Virus record (IMG/VR): IMGVR_UViG_3300021375_000013
Coordinates: 1 to 64,000 of that record
Source: a virus
DNA length: 64,000 nt
Reading direction: 5' to 3' (one strand)
The notes under the pieces are model-generated. The model had not been told where the DNA came from and made no database searches. It worked only from the letters and a program-made list of their open reading frames with translations. The position numbers and the translations under genes were made by a program. Shown here piece by piece: positions 49,416 to 58,110 of the stretch (position 1 is its first letter; each line of letters begins with the position of its first letter).

Positions 49416-51722
49416 ATGGGAACATTTCCAAAATTTTCAAATATTGCGGGATATGCTACAAAAACCTTAGAAAGTAGAAAACGTAGTGTATATAACGTAT
49501 CTAAGTTAAATGCTTGGGTAAGAGTAACATCTGCCGTTTCTGGTAATAAGGGGGATGGATTAACAATAGTATCTAATCCAAATTTTAAATTATTTGGAGC
49601 TGCTGGTGTTTCTTCTATTTATGGAATTAATAAACAAAGTGGTACTATTGGTGAAACTTGGGGAGGTTCCCCAATAAATCCATCGGAGGGGCAAGGTTAT
49701 AAACCTTCTCCAATTATTGAATCTATTGAAATAGATGAGGGAGCTGGTAATTTAAGTAGAAAAGCTAATTTTACAATTAAATGTTTTTCTAAAGACCAAA
49801 TGGAATTAATAACTGAATATTTCCAAGAACCAGGATTTACTGTATTTTTAGAATGGGGATGGAATACTCCAGAATCTATGAAAGGTTTGGTAAAAAAATT
49901 AAATGCAACTGAAATAGCTAATTTTCAAAATTTTAAAAATCTTACAAGTAGAAGAGAAGCATCTAAAGGACAATATGATAACTATTTAGGATTTATAACT
50001 GGTGGTGGAATAGCAACCGAAGGTGAAAATTGGACTGTTGAAGTAAAATGTACAGGTTTTACGGAATTACCAGCTTATTTGGTAAATGGTGATAACGCTG
50101 GTGATGATTCTGATAAAAGTGCTAAAAAAGAACCTGATTATAAAAATTTAAGTGATGAAACTGATTTAAATGTAAAACGATGGATGTTTGCGTTCAATGC
50201 ACTACCATCTAATAGAAAAACTGCAGAAATTAAAGCATTGGGTTCTAAAAATGATGATTCCCTTAGAAAGATACCAATGGCACAGGCAGTTAATTATGTA
50301 AACTTTGATGAAACTATTGCTGATGCATTAAACAACAAAGCAGATGGAACGGCTATTGGTAGGCTCTTTGGTTGGGGTGGTGCAAAGGAAAAAGGTAATG
50401 ATGGAAAAGAACGTATAGATATACCAGGAGGTACTAAGATAGTTGGTGGTGAAAAGTTTATAAGATTTGGTACTCTTATGAAGATAATGAACCAAATGAT
50501 TATAAAGGGTTTAAAAATTGGTAAGAAAGTGGTTTCTATGGAAATTCATTCAGAGCATACCATATGTTCAGCGTATCCAAATATATTTAGTACTGATAAA
50601 AGTAAGTTGTTAATACCAAATGTAAACACACCAAAATTTAGTTTTCTTGATGCTAAAAACAATGAACAAGCATTAGAAGTTATACCATCTGATTTTGAAG
50701 ATTGTTCAATAGAATATGGTGGTGTAAAAATACAATTTCCTTTTGAAAATCCTATTATTGGTGGTTCTGTTCAAGTTGGTGGTAATTTTTATGATTTACA
50801 ATATAAAGATGGAACCACACCATCTAGTGAATGTATAGATAAAGATAAAGGAGAATGGGGATTTTTAGATGACTTGTATGTAAACTTCGATTTCGCATCG
50901 GGTATTATGGGAACAAGTAACTTTACAGTAAAGGATGCTTTATATCAAATCTTAAATGGAATGTCATCAGCTGTGAATGATTTATGGAATTTTCAGATAA
51001 TGGAAACAACTTTGGAAAATGATAGAGGAAACCTAAAAAAAGGAGACCAAATAATTACCATACAAGAAACTAACTTTACATATAAACCAAAAGTAAATCC
51101 ATATACATTTAATCTAATAGGTAGTGATTCTATTTTTAAAGATGCATCTTTAAATTTAGATATGAGTGCTGCTAAGATGAATCAAGTTATTGGTACAAGA
51201 TTAGGAAAAAAGATTAATGGTGAAACTCAACCACTTTTTGGTAGGTTAGATTCGGGTAAGATTACCGATTTAGTTTTAAAGGAAATCGAATCTAAAAAAG
51301 AATCACCACCACCACCTAAAGGTGGAGAAGAAACCGATGAAGAACTAAAAGAAAAGAATTATGCTAATTTTTTGGGTAAGATAGGTACATATCCAAAAGT
51401 ACAATTTGAAAAAAAGGATATAAAAGATAAGTTTGTTGTACAAGAAAAAACTTATGCATCTGTTTATGATGATAAACAATTACTAAAAATGGCTAAATCT
51501 GAAGCAGATAGGAAATCAAATGTATCTATTTTGTTACCAATTAATTTTACATTTACTGTATATGGTGTTAGTGGTATTAAGAGAGGAGATAGGTTTAGAG
51601 TAAAGGGTATTCCTGCAAAATACGAAACGCAAGGATTTTTCCAAGTTTTAGGTGTAAAACATACTATTCAAGGAATGGAATGGACTACTGAAGTTGAAGG
51701 TGGATTTAGAAACAATACATAA
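49416..51722 (+). CDS. Baseplate hub protein (gp27/gpD-like)
   Basis: P.I.SI.I....RKA...IKCF...Q...PG.TVFLEWGW N-term; FT..G.SGI..GD.F.V.GIP..Y...FQV..V.H.I....W.T C-term. Confidence 0.7.
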   Translation: MGTFPKFSNIAGYATKTLESRKRSVYNVSKLNAWVRVTSAVSGNKGDGLTIVSNPNFKLFGAAGVSSIYGINKQSGTIGETWGGSPINPSEGQGYKPSPIIESIEIDEGAGNLSRKANFTIKCFSKDQMELITEYFQEPGFTVFLEWGWNTPESMKGLVKKLNATEIANFQNFKNLTSRREASKGQYDNYLGFITGGGIATEGENWTVEVKCTGFTELPAYLVNGDNAGDDSDKSAKKEPDYKNLSDETDLNVKRWMFAFNALPSNRKTAEIKALGSKNDDSLRKIPMAQAVNYVNFDETIADALNNKADGTAIGRLFGWGGAKEKGNDGKERIDIPGGTKIVGGEKFIRFGTLMKIMNQMIIKGLKIGKKVVSMEIHSEHTICSAYPNIFSTDKSKLLIPNVNTPKFSFLDAKNNEQALEVIPSDFEDCSIEYGGVKIQFPFENPIIGGSVQVGGNFYDLQYKDGTTPSSECIDKDKGEWGFLDDLYVNFDFASGIMGTSNFTVKDALYQILNGMSSAVNDLWNFQIMETTLENDRGNLKKGDQIITIQETNFTYKPKVNPYTFNLIGSDSIFKDASLNLDMSAAKMNQVIGTRLGKKINGETQPLFGRLDSGKITDLVLKEIESKKESPPPPKGGEETDEELKEKNYANFLGKIGTYPKVQFEKKDIKDKFVVQEKTYASVYDDKQLLKMAKSEADRKSNVSILLPINFTFTVYGVSGIKRGDRFRVKGIPAKYETQGFFQVLGVKHTIQGMEWTTEVEGGFRNNT

Positions 51723-52072
51723 TGGATAACGATAGATATAAAGAAATAGCAAGTGCACAATCTTATATTATTGGAGATGTAACAGCATTTGTTCCAACTA
51801 TAACCGATAGACAATATCAGAGAGGATATATTGAAAGATGTTTTGTACAAAAAGCTAACGATTCCTCATCTAATATATTTGAAGTTTCAGTAAGTGAAAT
51901 TAATCGATATAAAGGTAATCCTTTTTATATTCAGACAAAATTAGATTGGAGAATAACTGGAGACCCTATTGAAGTAAAGAAATCTAACTCAATATCTCTA
52001 CAATTAGCATCTGAGGATATCCCTAAGATTGCATTGTACTTACCAAACCTTTTACAATTTCATAAAAAATAA
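51722..52072 (+). CDS. Hypothetical protein
   Basis: 116-aa ORF overlapping the previous stop (TAATG). Confidence 0.75.
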   Translation: MDNDRYKEIASAQSYIIGDVTAFVPTITDRQYQRGYIERCFVQKANDSSSNIFEVSVSEINRYKGNPFYIQTKLDWRITGDPIEVKKSNSISLQLASEDIPKIALYLPNLLQFHKK

Positions 52073-52104
52073 TTTGGATATTACAAATATTTTTCTTATA
52101 TTTG
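52073..52104 (+). promoter_or_regulatory. Bacteroidota-type sigma70 promoter (TTTG-N20-TATATTTG)
   Basis: TTTG 52073-76 and TAnnTTTG 52097-52104 match the Bacteroidetes -33/-7 consensus. Confidence 0.8.
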
Positions 52105-52108
52105 TTAG

Positions 52109-53392
52109 ATGATTGTAGTAGAATCTAATAAAGAGAAAGAGAATTTTATGCAAATGTGGGAAAATAATCCCTCAATTGTAATTCCTATATGGTCTGATTT
52201 GGATAAACATCCAATGAACAACGAACTTGCTTTCTTATTCGTAAGGATGGGAAAAACTGACTTTATTCTCATATATAATCATATTGATGGAAAATCCCAT
52301 CATTTAGACCTTTCTAAATCTACACAACCAAAGTGGGTATGGAATAAGAAAGGATTATTACAAACTGGTACAAATATACAAAATATTTTTGATATATCCA
52401 ACTATTACTTCTTTGAAAAGAATCAAACTATACCCGATGAGGTACAAAATCAACCATTTATATCACATTATACCCGAATGGGTATAAGAGATGGTTTAGG
52501 AAAGATAGCACCTTTAATGAAGTGGGGAGAGTACTTAAAATCATTTGTTGACAATATAAGTAGTACTATTCCTCCTCCCGATTTATCTCCTAAAAGTTGG
52601 ATTGATAATACAATGATTCCTCTTTTATCTCAGATTGAACGATATGGGGTTCGGGTCGAAGGGGGAAAATTTTTTGATAGATATCCACAAGCCACTAAAC
52701 ATTTAAACAACAATATCGTATATACCGAATATAACCCATATACGATTACATCCCGTCCTTCCAACCGATTTGGGGGAATCAACTTCTCTGCTTTAAATAA
52801 AAAGGATGGAACTAGAGAAGTATTTATTCCCAAAGATGGGCACATATTCCTACAAATGGATTATGATGCCTATCACCCCCGAATCATAGGTAAGTTGATT
52901 GATTACGATTTACCCGATACTTCGGTTCACCAATGGTTAGCGGACCAATATGGAGTTCCTTATGATGAATCCAAAGGAATTACCTTCCAATTACTTTATG
53001 GTGGGATACCTGAAGAGTTTGATTCTATTCCTTATTATAAGAAGGTTAGAGAGTACATCGATGAAATGTGGAGTAAGGCATCAAAAGTGGGTTATGTATC
53101 CACAAACAATAGAAATATCCCTTTAAAATACATAGAACAATCGAATCCTCAAAAAGTATTCAACTATTTACTACAAGCAACTGAAACTGAGTTAAATATG
53201 GATACAATGAGGAAAGTGTTGGAGTTTATTCAACAAACCGATATTGAGTTGAGTTTATACACTTATGATTCATTCTTATTCTCTTATCCATTAGATACTC
53301 CTAAAGAACATGCTCTTAAATTAAAAGAAATTGTAGAAAGTAATGGGTTTCCTATAAAAGCTAGTTGGGGAACGGATTACTCAAAACTTTAA
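52109..53392 (+). CDS. polA: Short, divergent family A DNA polymerase
   Basis: TSRPSN, motif A QMDYDAYHPR, motif B KGITFQLLYGG, NYLLQATE, motif C YTYDSFLF. Confidence 0.8.
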   Translation: MIVVESNKEKENFMQMWENNPSIVIPIWSDLDKHPMNNELAFLFVRMGKTDFILIYNHIDGKSHHLDLSKSTQPKWVWNKKGLLQTGTNIQNIFDISNYYFFEKNQTIPDEVQNQPFISHYTRMGIRDGLGKIAPLMKWGEYLKSFVDNISSTIPPPDLSPKSWIDNTMIPLLSQIERYGVRVEGGKFFDRYPQATKHLNNNIVYTEYNPYTITSRPSNRFGGINFSALNKKDGTREVFIPKDGHIFLQMDYDAYHPRIIGKLIDYDLPDTSVHQWLADQYGVPYDESKGITFQLLYGGIPEEFDSIPYYKKVREYIDEMWSKASKVGYVSTNNRNIPLKYIEQSNPQKVFNYLLQATETELNMDTMRKVLEFIQQTDIELSLYTYDSFLFSYPLDTPKEHALKLKEIVESNGFPIKASWGTDYSKL

Positions 53393-53400
53393 TATTTATA
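53392..53400 (+). promoter_or_regulatory. Putative late promoter motif ATATTTATA
   Basis: At the stop codon of polA, before 53420. Confidence 0.55.
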
Positions 53401-53419
53401 GGATATAGGAAGAGTTACT

Positions 53420-55594
53420 ATGAACAAATACGAATTTTTTACTGAATTATTATCTGAGTTATCTTATCGTTCTAATGAAGGGTATCCTATCTTAGATAAT
53501 AGAGAGCACATTTCTATCTTATCTGAAATCTTAGATGAGTGGGGATATACTGAAATGAAAAACGAATTAATTGGAAATCTTTTAGAAGCAGAGGAAAAAT
53601 TCTATGCTATAAGTAAAAAGAGTGGACAAGTTGTTGATTTTGATTCTGAAGAAAATAGAGATGCGGCAATAGAAGCTGGTACTCATGAAAAGAGAAAAGA
53701 AGATTCTGAAGAAGATGATTCTAAAGAAAAGAAAAAAAGTATATTTTCTAAAGATACTGGATATTCAGCACCTGATTTAGAAAAAAATAAGCGTAATACA
53801 AAAAGTAGAGTACTTCCCAAAGAAATTGATAGTACCGAAATGGGGAAAGTTGTATCAGAAACTGGAGATACTGATGTTAAAAACACAATGCTTGATGTAG
53901 GGTATGGTGGATATGAAAAGAAAACAGGTTCAAAACCAGCTCCCGGTGGGCCTGGTTCTGCATTTAATGAAATAGTTTCTGGTGAGTTAGTTCTCATATT
54001 AGAAAAATACCCTGATATGACTGAAGATGAATTAGCAGACTATTCTCACAAAAGATTTGGAAATACTAAATTAGGTAAAGAACAAAAAGATACTTCTGGT
54101 CTTGTAAAAAATCCTGATATAGAAAAACGAAGAGAAGAGGCTAAAGGAACAGGAACACATACCAAACCAGAATTTCCAGAACAACATAAGCAAGTTATGA
54201 AGGAAAGAGCAGCATACTCCAAATCTAGAGTTGCGGCAGCTTCTGCTATAAAAAAACATAAAAATACTCAAAAAAGAATTAAAAATCTTCAATCAAATAA
54301 ATTATTTGGTAAAAAAGCAAAAACATATCCTTTCTATGGAGCTGGTGCTAGTATAGATGCTCAAGTTGATATGGTAAACAACGCAAAAGGAAAAGTTTAC
54401 TTACCAAATGGAACTGAGGTTGATAAAAATGATTTAATTGAATTCATAAAAGCTGGTGGTGGTGGAATGAATCCATCTGATACTGCAACTTTCGTAACTG
54501 ATGAAAATGGAAATTTATTAGTACAATTTCATAGTGATAAAACCACAACAAATGATATTCAAGATAATTCTACACTAGCAAATGAAAAATCTAACTATGA
54601 TTCATATATTGATAAATCTTCATTATCTGATGAATATAAGGTAGAATGTAAAAAAATAAACAAAGAATATGCTGATAGAATGAGTTCAATTGAGGAAAAG
54701 TATAATCAACAATCAGTTCCCATAGCAACTAACTTATTAAAATTAGATAAATCTAAGATAGAGAAAATCATAGATGAGGATAAGGGTACTATGGTACAAA
54801 ATATGAACGATGCAATTTATGGTGAAACGGCACGTAAAGCTGGTAATTTTTCCAAAATAAATAAGAAATGGGATAAATATTTACCAGATGGTGTAAAGCC
54901 GGAGGACTTAACAAATATTCAAAAATCCGAAATGATAAATAAATTTGTTGCAGATGGTGGTAAGTTAAATGCCTCTATGGTTAAATCAATTAATAAAGTT
55001 GCATTACAATATCAAAAAGAAAATCCTGATACACTTGGATTGGATGTAAAGAAATTATTATCCGAACAAAGAACAGAAGTTGTAGAAATGCAAAGAGAAC
55101 GGATTCGTACAATGAACAACTTTAAAGTTGATGTAGATGGTGAGAGTGTTGGGGCAGGTACTTTAATGGAAGCTGAAGAAAATATTAGAGGATTTCATTT
55201 AACTATGATGGATTATCCACCTAAAGCATATGTAAAAGGAGACCCATCATCAATAACTGGTGCTTCTCTTGATGTAAATATGGGTGGTGTTGAAGTAAAT
55301 GGTGAAGTTCTAAGGGAATGTTTGGATGTAAAAGATACAACAGAATTTAAACAAAAATTTAAGTTAATAGAAGAAGAAGAGTTAACATATGATTCAGACG
55401 ATAGAGATGAACAAGGTAATCGTACGGGTAATGTAACCGGTAAAAAGGTATTCACATATATAGTTGATACTAAAGGTGGAAGAAAAGAACTTGGCTTCAA
55501 ATCTTATAGAAGTAAAGAAGGTGCTTCTGGAAAGACAAATAATACAATGACTTACTCAACTGAAATGCAAAAGTGTTTTAAATCCAAATCTTAA
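53420..55594 (+). CDS. Hypothetical 724-aa charged protein (possible internal head protein or nuclease-like)
   Basis: Long K/E/D-rich ORF; weak NPSD...FHSDK motif. Confidence 0.7.
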   Translation: MNKYEFFTELLSELSYRSNEGYPILDNREHISILSEILDEWGYTEMKNELIGNLLEAEEKFYAISKKSGQVVDFDSEENRDAAIEAGTHEKRKEDSEEDDSKEKKKSIFSKDTGYSAPDLEKNKRNTKSRVLPKEIDSTEMGKVVSETGDTDVKNTMLDVGYGGYEKKTGSKPAPGGPGSAFNEIVSGELVLILEKYPDMTEDELADYSHKRFGNTKLGKEQKDTSGLVKNPDIEKRREEAKGTGTHTKPEFPEQHKQVMKERAAYSKSRVAAASAIKKHKNTQKRIKNLQSNKLFGKKAKTYPFYGAGASIDAQVDMVNNAKGKVYLPNGTEVDKNDLIEFIKAGGGGMNPSDTATFVTDENGNLLVQFHSDKTTTNDIQDNSTLANEKSNYDSYIDKSSLSDEYKVECKKINKEYADRMSSIEEKYNQQSVPIATNLLKLDKSKIEKIIDEDKGTMVQNMNDAIYGETARKAGNFSKINKKWDKYLPDGVKPEDLTNIQKSEMINKFVADGGKLNASMVKSINKVALQYQKENPDTLGLDVKKLLSEQRTEVVEMQRERIRTMNNFKVDVDGESVGAGTLMEAEENIRGFHLTMMDYPPKAYVKGDPSSITGASLDVNMGGVEVNGEVLRECLDVKDTTEFKQKFKLIEEEELTYDSDDRDEQGNRTGNVTGKKVFTYIVDTKGGRKELGFKSYRSKEGASGKTNNTMTYSTEMQKCFKSKS

Positions 55595-55619
55595 ATAATC
55601 ATTCTAAAAATATTATTTA

Positions 55620-55628
55620 ATATTTATA
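55620..55628 (+). promoter_or_regulatory. Putative late promoter motif ATATTTATA
   Basis: Heads the 55657-59643 gene run. Confidence 0.55.
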
Positions 55629-55656
55629 GGTGATTGATTAATACAGAAAAAAATTT

Positions 55657-56058
55657 ATGAAAACACAATTATTGTGTACATTTACTTCAAAGGATGGGTT
55701 ACAAAAGACTCTGCAGGATATCAGAGAGACTTATGTGATAGTGTATAACTATATCTATATCTTACAAAATAAATCAAACTTAGATGAACTTTACGTTACC
55801 TATAATATAAATACGGAGTTCAAACCACCACAACCTTTAGAAGATACAATACTAATACACAGAAAAAAAGAATCAAATACTTTATATACCATTAACGCAC
55901 TAAACCAATTAGTGAGAGAAGAAAATGGTGGTGTATTAGATAAGACATTTGTAATAGACTGGCAAAAATTTAGAAATTCAATAATACTTACAAATACTGA
56001 GGGTACGAAACGTATTCAGACTCGTATCTTTGAGGTTATAGAATTTAATCAGAAATAA
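55657..56058 (+). CDS. Conserved hypothetical phage protein
   Basis: LLCTFT...HRKKESNTLYTINALN...NGG.LD..F.IDW. Confidence 0.75.
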   Translation: MKTQLLCTFTSKDGLQKTLQDIRETYVIVYNYIYILQNKSNLDELYVTYNINTEFKPPQPLEDTILIHRKKESNTLYTINALNQLVREENGGVLDKTFVIDWQKFRNSIILTNTEGTKRIQTRIFEVIEFNQK

Positions 56059-56070
56059 AAAACACATAGT

Positions 56071-56982
56071 ATGCTATTAAAAGTAGGTTCAAGAGGAGAA
56101 GATGTAAAAGCAGTTCAACAATTCTTAGGATTGGGTGCTGATGGTATCTTTGGTAAAGGAACGGAACAAGCCGTAAAAGATTTTCAATCCTTAAATGGAT
56201 TAACTGCTGATGGTTTAGTTGGAAAAGGAACTTGGGCAGCAATGGGATTAAATGATACTGATGTAACTGGACAAGAAGAATCAGATGCACCAGATATCTA
56301 CTCAAAGAAAAAAGTAAACGAAGGTGGATTGGAGTATGTAGAATACTTTATGCCTGAAGATGAATACAAACATGGGCCTGTAAAATACGAATACCTTTTC
56401 TTACACCACACCGCTGGATGGCATAATCCATACAAATGTATTGAGTATTGGGATAGAGATGGTGGAACTATTGCAACTGAATGGGTAATGGGTGGACCAT
56501 CAGTAAAAGGAAACAACGAAGTATATGATGGAGAATTAGTACAATGTTTCCCACAAGGTAACTACGCATGGCACTTAGGTAAAAATGGTTCACAACATAT
56601 GCATGTACACTCAGTAGGAATTGAGATTTGTAACTTTGGATATGTGGTAAATGGAAAAACTTATGCTGGTACTCAAGTAGCAGATTCACAAATCGTAACT
56701 CTAAAAGAAGAATTTAGAGGACACAAAACTTGGCATAGATATTCTGATAAACAAATCGAACAATTAGAAAAGTGGATGAAGTTTATCGGTGAAAGAGATG
56801 GAATTGATATCAGAGCTGGATTACCTACTTTAATCAAAGAAAAAGGTGCAGCTGCATTTGAGTTCAACGAAGATGCTTACTATGGTAAAGTAAAAGGAAC
56901 TTGGACACATACTAATACTCGTAAAGATAAATTCGATTTATTCCCTCAACAAGAGTTGATGGATATGTTAGTATCTCTATAA
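56071..56982 (+). CDS. Endolysin: peptidoglycan-binding domain plus N-acetylmuramoyl-L-alanine amidase
   Basis: LK.GS.GEDVK.VQ..LG..ADGIFG.GTE.AVK.FQ...GL.ADG.VG..TW; LHHTAG, AWHLG, SVGIEICN, HTN.RKDK.D. Confidence 0.9.
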   Translation: MLLKVGSRGEDVKAVQQFLGLGADGIFGKGTEQAVKDFQSLNGLTADGLVGKGTWAAMGLNDTDVTGQEESDAPDIYSKKKVNEGGLEYVEYFMPEDEYKHGPVKYEYLFLHHTAGWHNPYKCIEYWDRDGGTIATEWVMGGPSVKGNNEVYDGELVQCFPQGNYAWHLGKNGSQHMHVHSVGIEICNFGYVVNGKTYAGTQVADSQIVTLKEEFRGHKTWHRYSDKQIEQLEKWMKFIGERDGIDIRAGLPTLIKEKGAAAFEFNEDAYYGKVKGTWTHTNTRKDKFDLFPQQELMDMLVSL

Positions 56983-56996
56983 TATAAAAGTTAGTT

Positions 56997-57545
56997 ATGA
57001 CACTTACACTTTCTGGTCAAATAGCGGCAGGTAATATAAACCAAGAGTTTGGTAGAGCATATTCTACCTATATGTCTATTTGGCATGCTAGAAATGGTAG
57101 TTATGGTTCTATCAACACTCAATCAGCAAGGTATCCAACAAATGGAATCAGTAAAGCAAATAATGGTTATGCTTATTCCGATTGGTATGGATATAGGCAT
57201 AATGCAGTAAGTGCTACAATAAATCTTTTTCAAAGTGAAAGAAGTGCCGATGCAGATACTAGAGCTTGGGAATTTAGATATAATGGAACAGCTTTAGGTC
57301 AAAGTTGGCAATGGGGAACCACAAGTATACGTGGTTGGCTTCGTATTCCATATGGAAATGGCTTAGATGTTTATTTTGATAATAGTATTGGTTGGGGTTC
57401 ATCTTGGACAACTGCTTTTAGAGCTATATATTCAAATCAAAGAGGATGGCTTTTAAATGTAAGAGAACCTGCAAGAAATTATAGAAATTATTCTAGATTA
57501 TATGTTCAATCATCAGAAAATGTTAGTATTTATAATCAAAGTTAA
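56997..57545 (+). CDS. Probable fibre-tip/adhesin-type virion protein
   Basis: N-term MTL..SG.I....IN.EFG pattern of small fibre-tip proteins; Trp/Tyr-rich beta body. Confidence 0.55.
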   Translation: MTLTLSGQIAAGNINQEFGRAYSTYMSIWHARNGSYGSINTQSARYPTNGISKANNGYAYSDWYGYRHNAVSATINLFQSERSADADTRAWEFRYNGTALGQSWQWGTTSIRGWLRIPYGNGLDVYFDNSIGWGSSWTTAFRAIYSNQRGWLLNVREPARNYRNYSRLYVQSSENVSIYNQS

Positions 57546-57556
57546 AAAAAGTTATT

Positions 57557-57805
57557 ATGGCAAATCATTATTTTAAAGAAAGAGATTCTTATTTTAAGTT
57601 AGTAGATGAAACACATGAGGTAATTTGTGTAACTACTAACTTTACAAATAAATGCATAGCTATTAGTTTTGATAACGATGGTGGATATGAAAATATGAGA
57701 GATGCATATATAGGTGGTGATGTGGCTGGTGTTGAACTTATATCTGAAGAACTCTTTGAGGCAAAAAGAGATGAAGTAAAGGATTACATAATTGAAAATC
57801 TATAA
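57557..57805 (+). CDS. Hypothetical protein (paralogue of the next gene)
   Basis: D.YFK..D N-term and ISEELFEAKRDEVKDYIIENL C-term. Confidence 0.7.
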   Translation: MANHYFKERDSYFKLVDETHEVICVTTNFTNKCIAISFDNDGGYENMRDAYIGGDVAGVELISEELFEAKRDEVKDYIIENL

Positions 57806-57807
57806 AA

Positions 57808-58110
57808 ATGGGTAATTGGTTTGTAAAATCTTTTGATAACTACTTTAAATTTATAGATGATGATTCATCTATGATAGTATTAACATCAGGTAGTATAAAT
57901 GAAAGTGGTAGTGTAGATACTGTAATTTCTTACAATTTTTTATCTGAGAGTGTACCTAAATATGAAAGTATTAGAGATTCTTTTATATCATCATCATTTT
58001 TTACATCATCATATACAGGTTCATCAGAACCAGTACCACAAATTATTAGTGAATCCCTTTGGGAAGAAAAGAAAACAGAATTAAAAAGTTATATAATAAA
58101 TAGTTTATAA
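57808..58110 (+). CDS. Hypothetical protein (paralogue of the previous gene)
   Basis: DNYFKFID N-term and ISESLWEEKKTELKSYIINSL C-term. Confidence 0.7.
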   Translation: MGNWFVKSFDNYFKFIDDDSSMIVLTSGSINESGSVDTVISYNFLSESVPKYESIRDSFISSSFFTSSYTGSSEPVPQIISESLWEEKKTELKSYIINSL

